From positions 1-51,155 of the forward strand of contig JBIOIA010000001.1 of assembly GCA_044449445.1 (NCBI GenBank): a DNA stretch of 51,155 nt, given 5' to 3'. Below, piece by piece: positions 1 through 9,758 of this stretch (the stretch's first letter is position 1; every line of letters starts with the position of its first letter). A program made the translations under genes and the position numbers. The notes below the pieces were generated by a model that saw only the letters and a program-made list of their open reading frames with translations, was not told the origin of the DNA and did no database searches. The stretch comes from Gemmatimonadales bacterium (GTDB lineage Bacteria; Gemmatimonadota; Gemmatimonadetes; Gemmatimonadales; JACORV01).

Positions 1-613
1 CCTGGTTGAATCCCACCCAGCTCAGGATGCCACGCAGGAAGACGCCTCGCTCGCGGATCTGCTCGCGCAACGTGCGCGCCACCCGGCGGGAGATCAGCCG
101 GAAGTCCGCCGCGTTCCGTTGCACGGGGACGCTGGTGAGGAAGCCCAGCAAACGGTAGAACACGTTCCCGACGAGCCGACGCATCCGGCCGACCTCGGCG
201 GATTCCCTCCGCACCGTGAACACCACGTCGCATCCACGCTCGAACCGTTCCAGCAGCTGTGGAATCAGCTCCGGCGGATGCTGGAGGTCGCTATCCATCA
301 TGATGATGGCGTCGGCGTCGGCGGCGTGGTCGATACCGGCCAGCAGCGACATCTGGTGGCCGAACCGCGAGGACAGCGCGAGCACCTGGACGCCCGGGTC
401 GCGCGCCGCGATGCCGCGCAGCACCGTCATCGTGTCGTCGGTGCAGCGGTCCACGACGAACAGCATCCGCGAGTCGTAACGATCCTTCAGTGCGGAGAGC
501 ACGCCGCGGGTCCGCTCGTGGAACGCGGCGATCACTTCCTGCTCGTTGTAGACCGGCGCGACCACGGTCAAGCGGCGGCGCGCGCCGGAGAATCCAGCGG
601 CACGGTCAGGCAT
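1..613 (-). CDS. Glycosyltransferase family 2 (polyprenyl-phosphate sugar synthase-like); 3' end cut by window edge
   Basis: Own reverse-strand translation; the ORF is absent from the track because it runs off the window. Sequence: MPDRAAGFSGARRRLTVVAPVYNEQEVIAAFHERT..FVVDRCTDDTMTVLRGIAARDP..IIMMDSDLQHPPELIPQLL..ADFRLISRR. These are GT-A/GT2 motifs. ATG at 613 overlaps the stop of the upstream gene (ATGCCTGA). Confidence 0.8.
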   Translation of the reverse strand, partial: MPDRAAGFSGARRRLTVVAPVYNEQEVIAAFHERTRGVLSALKDRYDSRMLFVVDRCTDDTMTVLRGIAARDPGVQVLALSSRFGHQMSLLAGIDHAADADAIIMMDSDLQHPPELIPQLLERFERGCDVVFTVRRESAEVGRMRRLVGNVFYRLLGFLTSVPVQRNAADFRLISRRVARTLREQIRERGVFLRGILSWVGFNQ

Positions 614-1460
614 CGGCAAGCGCTCGCGTCCTGGAGATGTCGGCATAGATAGTGGGCACGTCGGTACCCAGATGCGAGTGCCGCTCGGGGACTTCTCGCA
701 CCACCCCCGGGTCGATCCCCGCTTCGTGCAGCAGCCGCGCCAGAAGCTCGCGCATCACGACGGGCCGGCCGGAAGCCACGTGATAGACCTCGCCCCGCGC
801 GCCCTTCTCGGCGATGAGCAGCAACTGGCGCACCGCCTCCTCGCCGTCCACGTAGTCGCGCGCGCTGGACAGGTTGCCGAACTCGAGCGTGGCGATCTCG
901 CCCCGCTGGAACCGCGCGATCAGGCGCTCCGCCCGGCCGACAAACAGGTGTTCCCCGAGGCCGGGGGCGCTGAGGTTGAAGGGCCGGGCCACCACGACGT
1001 CCAGCTCGTGGCGACCGGCGTAGTACGCCGCAATCGCGGTCTGGAATGCCTTGGTCAGCCCGTACACGGTCACCGGCCTTGTTGCGCGCGATTCCGGCAC
1101 CGGGTTCTCGCCGGGCGCGACGAACCCGTACTCCGCCGCACTGCCGATGACCACGATGCGCGTGCGCAGCCCGAGTCCGCGCACGGCCTGGCACAGAAAC
1201 CGCGCACCGTCGGCGTTGACCGCGCGGTCGCGCTCGAAGTCGCCCGACGCGCTGCCTGCCAGATGGAAGATCCGGTCCGGCCGCGCCCTTTCGACGAGCG
1301 CCTTCACGGCTCCGGCGTCCGTGACGTCGCACGGGACGCCCCCGTTGACCTCGGCGCCGGTGTGGACCGAGCGCACCAGCTCGATACTCCCATCGTGCGC
1401 CAGCCGGCCGGCGAGGAGCCGTCCCAGCGCGCCGGCGGCGCCGGTCACCAGCACCTTCAC
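606..1460 (-). CDS. NAD-dependent epimerase/dehydratase family protein (SDR)
   Basis: C-terminal 284 codons of track ORF 606..3047. GTG at 1460 gives VKVLVTGAAGALGRLL (Rossmann GxxGxxG) and YGLTK (YxxxK). GTGA overlap with the stop of the upstream gene (1457..1460). Confidence 0.8.
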   Translation of the reverse strand: MKVLVTGAAGALGRLLAGRLAHDGSIELVRSVHTGAEVNGGVPCDVTDAGAVKALVERARPDRIFHLAGSASGDFERDRAVNADGARFLCQAVRGLGLRTRIVVIGSAAEYGFVAPGENPVPESRATRPVTVYGLTKAFQTAIAAYYAGRHELDVVVARPFNLSAPGLGEHLFVGRAERLIARFQRGEIATLEFGNLSSARDYVDGEEAVRQLLLIAEKGARGEVYHVASGRPVVMRELLARLLHEAGIDPGVVREVPERHSHLGTDVPTIYADISRTRALADA

Positions 1461-2173
1461 GAGATGCCGAGCCTCAAGCGCGCCGCGAGCTCGTCGAAAT
1501 GCTCGTCCGCGTACTCGTAGTCCTCCGTCCGCCCGATGTCGAGCCAGTAGCCGCCGAAGGGGAGCACCGTGACGCGGCGGCCGGCCTTGAGGCTGTCGAG
1601 CATCAGGTCGTCGAACCCGTACGCCTTGCCCCGCGGCAGGGCCGCGATGACGCGGCGATTGAGGCAGTACACGCCCATGCTGACGTCGAAACCCAGGGTG
1701 GGTTTCTCCTCGAAGTGCGTCAGGTCGTGGCCGGCGTTGTAGCGCAGGACGCCGAAGTCGATGTGGACGTCGCGGCGGAACACCGATACCGACACGTCGC
1801 TGCCGCGCGAGGCGTGGGCCTCGAAGAACGCGCGGTAGTCCAGGTCGCACAGCACGTCCCCGTTCATCACCAGGAAGTTGTCCGGCAGGTCCGTGATCAG
1901 CGTCAGTGGTCCGATGGTGCCCAGGGGCTCGTCTTCGAGCGAGTAATCGAGCTTGATCTTCCAGCGCGAGCCGTCGCCGAAGTACGCCATGATCAGCTGC
2001 GAGAGATGATTGACCGCCAGCGTGACGTGGTCGAATCCCGCCTTCGCGAGCTGCATCATCACGATCTCGAGGACCGAGTACCTGCCCCCGAGCGGCACCA
2101 GCGGCTTCGGAATCAGCGTCGTGAAGGGCCGGAGCCGCGTGCCCTTTCCGCCGGCGAGAATGACGGCGCGCAT
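1457..2173 (-). CDS. Sugar-1-phosphate nucleotidyltransferase
   Basis: Track ORF, 238 aa. MRAVILAGGKGTRLRPFTTLIPKPLVPL is the canonical NTP-transferase loop. High GC3 coding pattern. Confidence 0.85.
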   Translation of the reverse strand: MRAVILAGGKGTRLRPFTTLIPKPLVPLGGRYSVLEIVMMQLAKAGFDHVTLAVNHLSQLIMAYFGDGSRWKIKLDYSLEDEPLGTIGPLTLITDLPDNFLVMNGDVLCDLDYRAFFEAHASRGSDVSVSVFRRDVHIDFGVLRYNAGHDLTHFEEKPTLGFDVSMGVYCLNRRVIAALPRGKAYGFDDLMLDSLKAGRRVTVLPFGGYWLDIGRTEDYEYADEHFDELAARLRLGIS

Positions 2174-2182
2174 CGGTCCGCC

Positions 2183-3181
2183 TTACAGGTTGTAAAGCCA
2201 GGCCTTGTACCTGGCCAGGTTCGCGGGATCCCGGAACCAGTTGATCGTTTCGCCCAGACCCTTCTCGAGATCGTATTCCGCACGCCACTTCGTCAACCGG
2301 ACGAGCTTGGAGTTGTCGCCCATCAGCCGCTGCACCTCCGACTTGTCCGGGCGGACGCGCTCCTCGTCGGTCACGATGCGCGCCTTCGGATTGAGCTCCT
2401 TGATGAGCAGCTCCGCGACGTCGGCGATGGAGTGCTCCCGGCCCGTGGCGATGTTCACTTCCTCGCCGATCGCCCCATCGGCCTGCGCCAGGGCGACGAA
2501 CCCCCGGACGGTGTCGCGCACGTAGGTGAAGTCCCTCGTCGGGCTCACGCTGCCAAGCTTGAGCTCCGCCCTGCCGCTCAGCAGCTGCGTGATGATCGTC
2601 GGAATCACCGCCCGGGCGGACTGGCGCGGCCCGTAGGTGTTGAACGGCCGCACGATGACCACCGGTGTCTCGAACGAACGGTGGAAGGACTCGGCCAGGC
2701 GATCCGCGCCGATCTTGGTCGCGCTGTAGGGGGACTGGCCCTGGTACGGATGCTTCTCGTCGATCGGCGCGTACTGCGCCGTGCCGTAGACCTCGGAGGT
2801 CGAGGTGACGAGCACGCGGGCGGTGCCAAGTTGGCGCGCGGCCTGGAGCACGTTCAGCGTGCCCCGGACGTTCGTGTCCACGTAGGAATCGGGCGAGTGA
2901 TACGAGAACGGAATCGCGATCAGCGCGGCCAGGTGGAAGACGACGTCGCACCCCTGCATCGCGGTGCGCACTCCGTTGGGATCGCGCACGTCGCCCGCGA
3001 ACACGTCCAGCGAGCGCTGGCGCCCTTCCGGCAGCGTGTCGAGCCACCCGCGGCCGTTGAACGAGTTGTAGAAGACGAACGCGCGCACGTCGCAGCGCTC
3101 GGCGAGCAGCGCCTCGACCAGATGGCTGCCGATGAAGCCATCGGCGCCGGTCACGAGCACGCGTTTTCCCGCCAGGTTCAT
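2183..3181 (-). CDS. NDP-sugar dehydratase/epimerase (extended SDR)
   Basis: C-terminal 332 codons of track ORF 2183..4369. [39 protein letters not shown] (YxxxK), RPFNTYGPRQ. ATG at 3181 overlaps the stop of the GT87 gene (3178..3181). Confidence 0.85.
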   Translation of the reverse strand: MNLAGKRVLVTGADGFIGSHLVEALLAERCDVRAFVFYNSFNGRGWLDTLPEGRQRSLDVFAGDVRDPNGVRTAMQGCDVVFHLAALIAIPFSYHSPDSYVDTNVRGTLNVLQAARQLGTARVLVTSTSEVYGTAQYAPIDEKHPYQGQSPYSATKIGADRLAESFHRSFETPVVIVRPFNTYGPRQSARAVIPTIITQLLSGRAELKLGSVSPTRDFTYVRDTVRGFVALAQADGAIGEEVNIATGREHSIADVAELLIKELNPKARIVTDEERVRPDKSEVQRLMGDNSKLVRLTKWRAEYDLEKGLGETINWFRDPANLARYKAWLYNL

Positions 3182-4308
3182 GCCCTCACCTCGATGCGCC
3201 GCCGCGGAGCGAGCAGCTCCCACAGCATCACCAGCCAGACGAGCAGGATCGGAATCGTCTTGTAGTGGTATGGCCGGCAGCAGACGTTCAGCACGCTCGC
3301 CGGCAGGATCACCGAGAACAATGACACCAGGATCCACGACAGCGCCATGAGCACGTGGTGGTGCCAGCGCCGGGGTCCCGTCAGGTACCAGGCCACCACG
3401 CCGGTCATCGCGATGATGAACGTCGGCGACTCGGCCTGGTGATTGAACAGGATGAGGTAGAGGAGCAGCAGGTAGAGCATCGCCCGGCGGAAGGCAGGAT
3501 CGCCCCAGTCGGCGCGGCGCACGAAGTAGGGGAGCAGCAGGACGGCGGTGCCGGCGAGCTGCACCGGCCAGTTGGGCCAGGAGCCCGGGATCACGAGGCT
3601 CAGCAAGGCCATCAGCGATTCGATCCGGAGTGTCGCCCCGTAGTGGTTCTCGAGCGCGATCCACCACCGGTACTGCTGCGCCAGAGTCGCCGCGGGGGTC
3701 ACCAGCAGCGGAGCGAGGATGGCGAGTGCGAGCGCGGCCCCCACAGCGAGCCCGAAGCGCCAGCGCCACCGGTGCGGCAGGCCCAGGGCCCCGGCGGCCA
3801 GCGGGAAGATCTTGATGGCGAACCCGACCGCGATGGCCGCGGCGGGCGCGAGCCGCCGGCCGCGCTCGAGCCACAGGAACGACAGGATGATCAGCCCGGT
3901 GACGAGCGTGTTGATCTCGGTGTTCTGCGTGGTGCGCACCACCTCGAAGTACAGGATCAGCAGCGCGATGAGCCCCAGCCGGTCCGGGAGCAGACGCCGG
4001 ACCGCGTAATAGTAGACCGCGATGTTGGCGGTGTTGAACAGGAGCAGGCCCAACCACATCGGCAACACCGCGAACGGCGCCATCAGCAGCGCGAACGTCG
4101 GGCTGTACTGGTACAGGTCGTAGTACTTCGCTGGATACGCGGCGTACAGGTCGGCACCCAGCACCAGGTGATGGAACGACCAGTACGCCATGCGCCAGTT
4201 GTTGATGTGATCGAGATGCACTTCCTGCCACGTCACGAACGCCGCCGTCGCCGCGTACAGCGCGACGATCCAGGACTCCGCGCGCGAGGGCCACCGCCGC
4301 GCGCTCAC
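3178..4308 (-). CDS. Polytopic membrane glycosyltransferase, GT87/DUF2029-like (GT-C fold)
   Basis: Track ORF, 376 aa, GTG start. About 10 hydrophobic segments. N-terminal [34 protein letters not shown] resembles the DUF2029/GT87 signature recalled from memory. Confidence 0.65.
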   Translation of the reverse strand: MSARRWPSRAESWIVALYAATAAFVTWQEVHLDHINNWRMAYWSFHHLVLGADLYAAYPAKYYDLYQYSPTFALLMAPFAVLPMWLGLLLFNTANIAVYYYAVRRLLPDRLGLIALLILYFEVVRTTQNTEINTLVTGLIILSFLWLERGRRLAPAAAIAVGFAIKIFPLAAGALGLPHRWRWRFGLAVGAALALAILAPLLVTPAATLAQQYRWWIALENHYGATLRIESLMALLSLVIPGSWPNWPVQLAGTAVLLLPYFVRRADWGDPAFRRAMLYLLLLYLILFNHQAESPTFIIAMTGVVAWYLTGPRRWHHHVLMALSWILVSLFSVILPASVLNVCCRPYHYKTIPILLVWLVMLWELLAPRRRIEVRA

Positions 4309-4383
4309 TCCGGCTTGACCGCCGTCGCGGACGGCACGTACTTTCGCATTCCCGGCAATCTATCACCAAGAGACAACCCCCGG

Positions 4384-4989
4384 ATGTTTCACGGAACGCG
4401 TCCCGGCTGGATCGAGGTCATCAGCGGCGTGATGTTCGCCGGCAAGAGCGAAGAGCTCATCCGCCGGGTCAAGCGCTCGGTGATCGCGCGCAAGAAGGTC
4501 CAGGTGTTCAAGTCCCACCTGGACGACCGCTACGGCGGCGTGTTCACCGTCACCTCGCACGACGGCACGCTGGTCGAGGCGGAGCCAGTGCAGGCTTCGC
4601 TCGAAATCATGGAGCACGTCCGCCCGGACACCGAGGTCGTCGCGGTGGACGAGGCCCAGTTCCTCGACGCCGGCATCGTGCGCGTCGCCAACGCGCTCGC
4701 CGGGCGCGGCGTGCGCGTCATCCTCGCGGGCACCGACAGCGACTTCCGCGGCGAGGGCTTCGGGGCGATGCCACAGCTCATGGCCGCCGCCGAAATCGTA
4801 GACAAGCTCTACGCGATCTGCGTGGTGTGCGGCGGGCCCGCGACCCGCAACCAGCGCCTCATCAACGGGAAGCCGGCGCCGTACGAGTCGCCCACGATCA
4901 TGGTCGGCGGGCGCGAGAGCTACGAGGCGCGCTGCCGCCACTGCCACCAGGTACCGCGCAAGGACGAGGGCCAGGGAGCCCTGCTGTAG
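4384..4989 (+). CDS. tdk: Thymidine kinase
   Basis: Internal ATG of track ORF 3355..4989. [28 protein letters not shown] (P-loop), VAVDEAQF, and C-terminal zinc ribbon [13 protein letters not shown]. Confidence 0.9.
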   Translation: MFHGTRPGWIEVISGVMFAGKSEELIRRVKRSVIARKKVQVFKSHLDDRYGGVFTVTSHDGTLVEAEPVQASLEIMEHVRPDTEVVAVDEAQFLDAGIVRVANALAGRGVRVILAGTDSDFRGEGFGAMPQLMAAAEIVDKLYAICVVCGGPATRNQRLINGKPAPYESPTIMVGGRESYEARCRHCHQVPRKDEGQGALL

Positions 4990-4991
4990 CG

Positions 4992-5600
4992 GTGTTCCGC
5001 GTCGGCCTCACCGGAAACGTCGGCGCCGGCAAGTCCACGGTCCTGGAAGTGTTCAAGGGCTGGGGCGCGTGGGCCATCGACGCCGACGTGCTCGCCCGCG
5101 AGGCCGTGCTGCCCGGCACGCCGGCGCTTCGCGCCATCGCCGAGCGCTTCGGGCGCGGCGTGCTCCAGAGCAACGGCGCGCTCGATCGTGCCGCGCTCAG
5201 GCGACGCGTCATGTCCGACCCCGCCGAGCGGGAAGCCCTGAACGACATCGTCCATCCCATCGTGGCCCGTCTCACCGCCGAGCGCGAGCAGGAAGCGGCA
5301 CGCGCGGGCGCGCGGATCATCGTCCATGACGTCCCGCTGCTGTTCGAGGCCCTGGACCCCGACACGTTCGACGCGCTGGTGCTGGTCGACGCGCCGCCCG
5401 CCACCCGCAAGGACCGCCTGATGAAGACGCGCGGTCTCTCGGCCCGGGAGGCCGACGACCTGATCGCCGCGCAGGCGCCCCCAGGGGACAAGCGCGCCAG
5501 GAGCAACTTCGTCATCGACAACGACGGCCCGCGGGAGGCGCTGGAGCGCCGCGCCCGTGAAGTCTGGTCCGAGTTGCTTGCGAGGGCCGGGCTCGTTTGA
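4992..5600 (+). CDS. coaE: Dephospho-CoA kinase
   Basis: GTG at 4992 within track ORF 4827..5600. VFRVGLTGNVGAGKSTV (P-loop), IVHPIV, DVPLLFE. Confidence 0.85.
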   Translation: MFRVGLTGNVGAGKSTVLEVFKGWGAWAIDADVLAREAVLPGTPALRAIAERFGRGVLQSNGALDRAALRRRVMSDPAEREALNDIVHPIVARLTAEREQEAARAGARIIVHDVPLLFEALDPDTFDALVLVDAPPATRKDRLMKTRGLSAREADDLIAAQAPPGDKRARSNFVIDNDGPREALERRAREVWSELLARAGLV

Positions 5601-5660
5601 TTTCTCCCGCCGGCCCGGATGGCCTTTCCGCGGCCGCAACGCCCGATCGCCGGAGCGACG

Positions 5661-6050
5661 ATGTCGAAGATCCCCGAACACCTGCTCTATACCGAAGAGC
5701 ACGAGTACGTCCACAAGACCGACGCTGGTGACATCGTGGAGATCGGCATCACCGACTACGCGCAGGGCGAGTTGGGCGACGTCGTGTACGTGGACCTGCC
5801 GGCCGTCGGCAAGAAGTTCGGCCGCATGGAGCCCTTCGGCACGATCGAAGCGGTGAAGGCGGTCTCCGAGCTGTACTGCCCCGTGGCCGGAGAGGTCGTC
5901 GAGGTGAACGGCGCCCTCGAGGGCGACCCGTCGGTCGTCAACAAGGACCCCTACGGCGCAGGCTGGATGATCAGGCTGAAGGTCAAGAGCGCCGCCGAGC
6001 TCGACGAGTTGCTCGGCTCCGACGAGTACGCTTCCCACATCGGGCAGTGA
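5661..6050 (+). CDS. gcvH: Glycine cleavage system H protein (lipoyl carrier)
   Basis: ATG at 5661 in track ORF 5619..6050. [14 protein letters not shown], lipoyl-lysine motif [19 protein letters not shown]. Confidence 0.92.
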   Translation: MSKIPEHLLYTEEHEYVHKTDAGDIVEIGITDYAQGELGDVVYVDLPAVGKKFGRMEPFGTIEAVKAVSELYCPVAGEVVEVNGALEGDPSVVNKDPYGAGWMIRLKVKSAAELDELLGSDEYASHIGQ

Positions 6051-6109
6051 CCGCACGAGCCGGCCGGGTGGCCGGCTCGATTCGGTTCGGCCCCGCGAAC
6101 GGTCCAATC

Positions 6110-8977
6110 ATGTCTGACGCACCGAAGCACTCCGACAGTTTCGCCTCGCGCCACATCGGCCCCAACGCCCAGGACGTGCAGGCGATGCTCGAGACCGTAG
6201 GCTATCCCACGCTCGACGCGTTCGTCGACGCGGTCGTGCCCGTCGACATCCGGCTCACGAAGCCGCTGGACCTGCCGCCCGCCAGGAGCGAGCGCGAGGC
6301 GCTCGCCGAATTGCGCGCGCTCGCCCTCAGGAACCGCGTCTTCCGCTCGTATCTCGGGATGGGCTACCACGATACGGTGACGCCGCCCGTCATCCTGCGG
6401 AACATCCTCGAGAACCCGGGCTGGTACACCGCGTACACGCCCTACCAGGCCGAGATCGCGCAGGGCCGGCTCGAGGCGCTGCTGAACTACCAGACCATGG
6501 TCGCCGACCTGACGGCGCTGCCCATCGCCAACGCGTCGCTGCTCGACGAGGCCACGGCCGCCGCCGAGGCGATGCACATGACCCACGCGGTCGTGAAGGG
6601 CGGCGCGCACACCGTCTTCCTGATGGACGAGCAATGCCACCCGCAGACGATCGCCGTGGTCAGGACGCGCGCCGCGGCCCAGGGCGTGGACATCGTCGTC
6701 GCCGATCCCGACTCGTTCGAGTTCAAGGGTGGCGTGATCGGCGCGCTGGTGCAGTACCCGGCGACTGAGGGCCGCGCGCGCGATTTCCGCGCGCTGGCGG
6801 GGCGCGCGCACGCGGCGGGCGCGATCGTCACGGCCGCGACCGACCTGCTCGCCCTCGCGCTGCTCGTGCCGCCCGGCGAGTGGGGCGCGGACATCGCCAT
6901 CGGCAATTCGCAGCGCTTCGGCGTGCCGCTGGGCTACGGCGGCCCGCACGCCGCCTTCTTCGCGACGAAGGAGGAGTACAAGCGCCAGCTGCCCGGCCGC
7001 ATCATCGGCGTCTCGCGCGACCGCGCGGGCCGGCCCGGCCTGCGCATGGCGCTGGGCACGCGCGAGCAGCACATCCGCCGCGAGAAGGCGACGAGCAACA
7101 TCTGCACCGCGCAGGTGCTCCTCGCCGTGTGCGCCGGGATGTACGCGGTCTGGCACGGACCCGAGGGAATCCGCGCCATCGCCGAGCGGGTGCACACGAG
7201 GACGCGCATGCTGGCCAACGCGGTGCGCGCGCTCGGTTTCAAGGTCCTGCACGACGCGTTCTTCGACACCATCGCGCTCGAGACCGACGCCGCGACCGCG
7301 AGCAGGGTGCACGCGGCCGCGCGCGCCAAGGGCATCAACCTGCGCGCGCTGTCGGCGACCCGCATCGGCGTGGCGCTCGACGAGACGGTGGAAAACGACG
7401 ACCTGACCGATCTGGTGGGCGTGTTCGCCCTCGGCAAGGACGTCCCCGCCCTGCGCGCCGACGCCGCGCCCGCGATCCCGGCCGCGCTCCGGCGCGCCAG
7501 CACCTACCTCACGCACCCGGTCTTCAGCCGCTGCCACTCCGAGACCGAGATGCTGCGCTACCTCAAGCGCCTCGAGGACAAGGACCTCTCGCTCACCTCC
7601 GCGATGATCCCGCTCGGCTCGTGCACCTTGAAGCTCAACGCGACGACGGAGATGATCCCGGTTACGTGGCGGGAATTCGGCGGCATCCATCCGTTCGTGC
7701 CGCGCGATCAGGCCGAAGGCTACACGGAGATGTTCGCGCAGCTCGAGCGCTGGCTGTGCGAGATCACCGGGTTCGCCGCGATGAGCCTCCAGCCCAACGC
7801 GGGCTCCCAGGGCGAGTTCACCGGGCTGCTGGTGATCCGCGCGTACAACCGCGCCAAGGGACAGGCGCACCGCACCACGTGCCTCATCCCGGCTTCGGCG
7901 CACGGCACCAACCCGGCGAGCGCCGTCATGGCGGGCATGCAGGTCGTGGTCGTGAAGACGAACGAGAAGGGCGAGATCGACCTCGCGGACCTGCGCGAGA
8001 AGGCCGCGGCGGCCAGGGACTCGTTAGGCGCCCTGATGGTGACGTATCCGTCCACCCACGGCGTGTTCGAGGACACGATCAAGGACGTGTGCCGGATCGT
8101 GCACGAGCACGGCGGGCAGGTGTACATGGACGGCGCGAACATGAACGCGCAGGTGGGGCTGTGCCGGCCCGGCGACATCGGCGCCGACGTGTGCCACCTC
8201 AACCTGCACAAGACGTTCTGCATCCCGCACGGCGGCGGCGGCCCGGGCATGGGGCCGATCGGCGTCGCGAAACACCTCGTCCCGTTCCTGCCCACGCACC
8301 CGGTCGTGGACCTGGGGTACGCGCAATCGTGCGGCACCGTCTCGGCGGCGCCGTGGGGCAGCCCGTCCATCCTGCCGATCTCGTGGGCCTACATCGCGAT
8401 GATGGGGCCCGACGGCCTGACCGACGCGACCAGGCTCGCGATCCTCAGCGCCAACTACGTCGCCAAGCGGCTCCACGCGCACATCCCGACGCTGTACGCG
8501 GGACCGGGCGGGCTCGTCGCCCACGAGTGTATCCTCGACACGCGGCCCTTCAAGGCCTCGGCGGACGTCGAGGTCTCGGACATCGCCAAGCGGCTGATCG
8601 ACTACGGGTTCCATCCGCCGACGGTGAGCTTCCCCGTTCACGGCACGCTGATGGTCGAGCCCACGGAGAGCGAGCCCAAGGAGGAGCTGGACCGCTTCTG
8701 CGACGCGCTGATCGCGATCCGCGGCGAGATCCGCGAGATCGAGAACGGCGAGGCGGACAAGGGCAACAACCTGCTGAGCAACGCCCCGCACCCGCTGGCC
8801 GACCTGCTGGCCGACGAGTGGACGCGGCCCTATTCGCGCGAGCGCGCGGCGTTCCCCTCCGGCGCGACGCGCGAGCACAAGATCTGGCCGGCGGTGAGTC
8901 GCATCGACGACGCGTATGGCGACCGCAACCTGGTGTGCACCTGCCCGCCGATCGAGGCGTACGCGACGGCCGACTAG
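6110..8977 (+). CDS. gcvP: Glycine dehydrogenase (decarboxylating), single-chain P protein
   Basis: ATG at 6110 in track ORF 6047..8977, 955 aa. [53 protein letters not shown] (PLP lysine). Confidence 0.95.
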   Translation: MSDAPKHSDSFASRHIGPNAQDVQAMLETVGYPTLDAFVDAVVPVDIRLTKPLDLPPARSEREALAELRALALRNRVFRSYLGMGYHDTVTPPVILRNILENPGWYTAYTPYQAEIAQGRLEALLNYQTMVADLTALPIANASLLDEATAAAEAMHMTHAVVKGGAHTVFLMDEQCHPQTIAVVRTRAAAQGVDIVVADPDSFEFKGGVIGALVQYPATEGRARDFRALAGRAHAAGAIVTAATDLLALALLVPPGEWGADIAIGNSQRFGVPLGYGGPHAAFFATKEEYKRQLPGRIIGVSRDRAGRPGLRMALGTREQHIRREKATSNICTAQVLLAVCAGMYAVWHGPEGIRAIAERVHTRTRMLANAVRALGFKVLHDAFFDTIALETDAATASRVHAAARAKGINLRALSATRIGVALDETVENDDLTDLVGVFALGKDVPALRADAAPAIPAALRRASTYLTHPVFSRCHSETEMLRYLKRLEDKDLSLTSAMIPLGSCTLKLNATTEMIPVTWREFGGIHPFVPRDQAEGYTEMFAQLERWLCEITGFAAMSLQPNAGSQGEFTGLLVIRAYNRAKGQAHRTTCLIPASAHGTNPASAVMAGMQVVVVKTNEKGEIDLADLREKAAAARDSLGALMVTYPSTHGVFEDTIKDVCRIVHEHGGQVYMDGANMNAQVGLCRPGDIGADVCHLNLHKTFCIPHGGGGPGMGPIGVAKHLVPFLPTHPVVDLGYAQSCGTVSAAPWGSPSILPISWAYIAMMGPDGLTDATRLAILSANYVAKRLHAHIPTLYAGPGGLVAHECILDTRPFKASADVEVSDIAKRLIDYGFHPPTVSFPVHGTLMVEPTESEPKEELDRFCDALIAIRGEIREIENGEADKGNNLLSNAPHPLADLLADEWTRPYSRERAAFPSGATREHKIWPAVSRIDDAYGDRNLVCTCPPIEAYATAD

Positions 8978-9024
8978 AACGGCGTGGGTTGCGCACCGCC
9001 GTTCGCGCGCCTAGTTCACCCGCC

Positions 9025-9708
9025 ATGGCGACGATCACCTGGCTCGGTCACTCCTGCTTCCTCGTCGAGCGCGAGGGCAAGCGGGTCATCATCGATCCAT
9101 TCATCACCGGCAACCCCAAGGCGCCTGTCCCGATCAAGGACCTGCCGCCGCTCGACGCCATCCTCGTGACGCACGGCCACGGCGATCACCTGGGTGACGC
9201 CATTCCTCTGGCGAAGAAGGTCCCCAAGGCCGTTCTGGTTGCGCCCTTCGAGCTGGCGGAGTTCTGCGAGTCCAGGGGCGCGCCGAACGTGCACCCGATG
9301 CACATCGGCGGCGCGCACGACTTCCCGTTCGGTCGCGTGAAGCTGGTGGTGGCCCTGCACGGCGGCGCCGTGGAGGGCGACGACGGCACGCACACCACGC
9401 ACGCCTGCGGCTACGTGCTCGGGATGGGCAAGACGCGGATCTACCACTGCGGCGATACGGCGCTCACGGTGGACATGCAGCTGCTCCAGGGCGGCGTGGA
9501 CGTCATGCTCGCGCCGATCGGCGACAACTACACCATGGGCATCGAGGACGCGGCCCGTGCCGTCGGGTTCGTGAAGCCGAGTATCGTGATCCCCATGCAC
9601 TTCGGCACGTTCCCGGTCATCGAGGTGGACCCGAAGGCCTTCGTGAAGCGGGTGGGCAACCTCGCCAGGGTGGTCGTGCTCCGCCCCGGCGAGTCGTTAT
9701 CGGTCTGA
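9025..9708 (+). CDS. UPF0173-type metal-dependent hydrolase (MBL fold)
   Basis: C-terminal 227 codons of track ORF 6880..9708. MATITWLGHSCFLVEREGKRVIIDPF, VTHGHGDHLGD. Confidence 0.85.
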   Translation: MATITWLGHSCFLVEREGKRVIIDPFITGNPKAPVPIKDLPPLDAILVTHGHGDHLGDAIPLAKKVPKAVLVAPFELAEFCESRGAPNVHPMHIGGAHDFPFGRVKLVVALHGGAVEGDDGTHTTHACGYVLGMGKTRIYHCGDTALTVDMQLLQGGVDVMLAPIGDNYTMGIEDAARAVGFVKPSIVIPMHFGTFPVIEVDPKAFVKRVGNLARVVVLRPGESLSV

Positions 9709-9758
9709 ACGCCGTGACCTTGATGCGGCTGCAGTGGCAGGAGTAGTCTTCTAGCCCT

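Noticed and set aside
1-25. GGTTGAATCCC near the window start resembles a tRNA T-arm (GGTTCGAATCC).
   Set aside because: The flanks do not form a T-stem (CCTGG vs CCACC), there is no acceptor stem or CCA context, and the region lies inside a well-supported GT2 coding frame.
4315-4344. Sigma-70-like hexamers TTGACC (4315..4320) and TACTTT (4339..4344), with an 18-nt spacer, in the divergent GT87/tdk intergenic region.
   Set aside because: The -10 match is weak, the promoter consensus for this lineage is unknown, and such matches arise by chance. It was not reported as a feature.
5601-5660. Possible glycine riboswitch upstream of gcvH, and a possible TPP riboswitch upstream of the thiO-like gene (29011..29087).
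   Set aside because: The leaders are only about 60 and 77 nt. They lack the conserved cores I recall (tandem GGAGAG..ACCG aptamer elements; CUGAGA..ACCUGAUCUGGAUAAUGCC), and part of the second region is the RBS of the divergent small gene.
5951-7903. Very long antisense or off-frame ORFs in the track, for example 5951..7903 -, 9528..11462 -, 12096..14342 -, 12194..15466 + (N-terminal part), 33215..35620 -, 47074..49122 -, 46293..49313 +, and 6880..9708 + (N-terminal part).
   Set aside because: These are typical shadow ORFs of about 70% GC DNA. Their translations are Arg/Ala/Gly/Pro-rich with no motifs, and each overlaps a gene carrying unmistakable conserved motifs in another frame or on the other strand.
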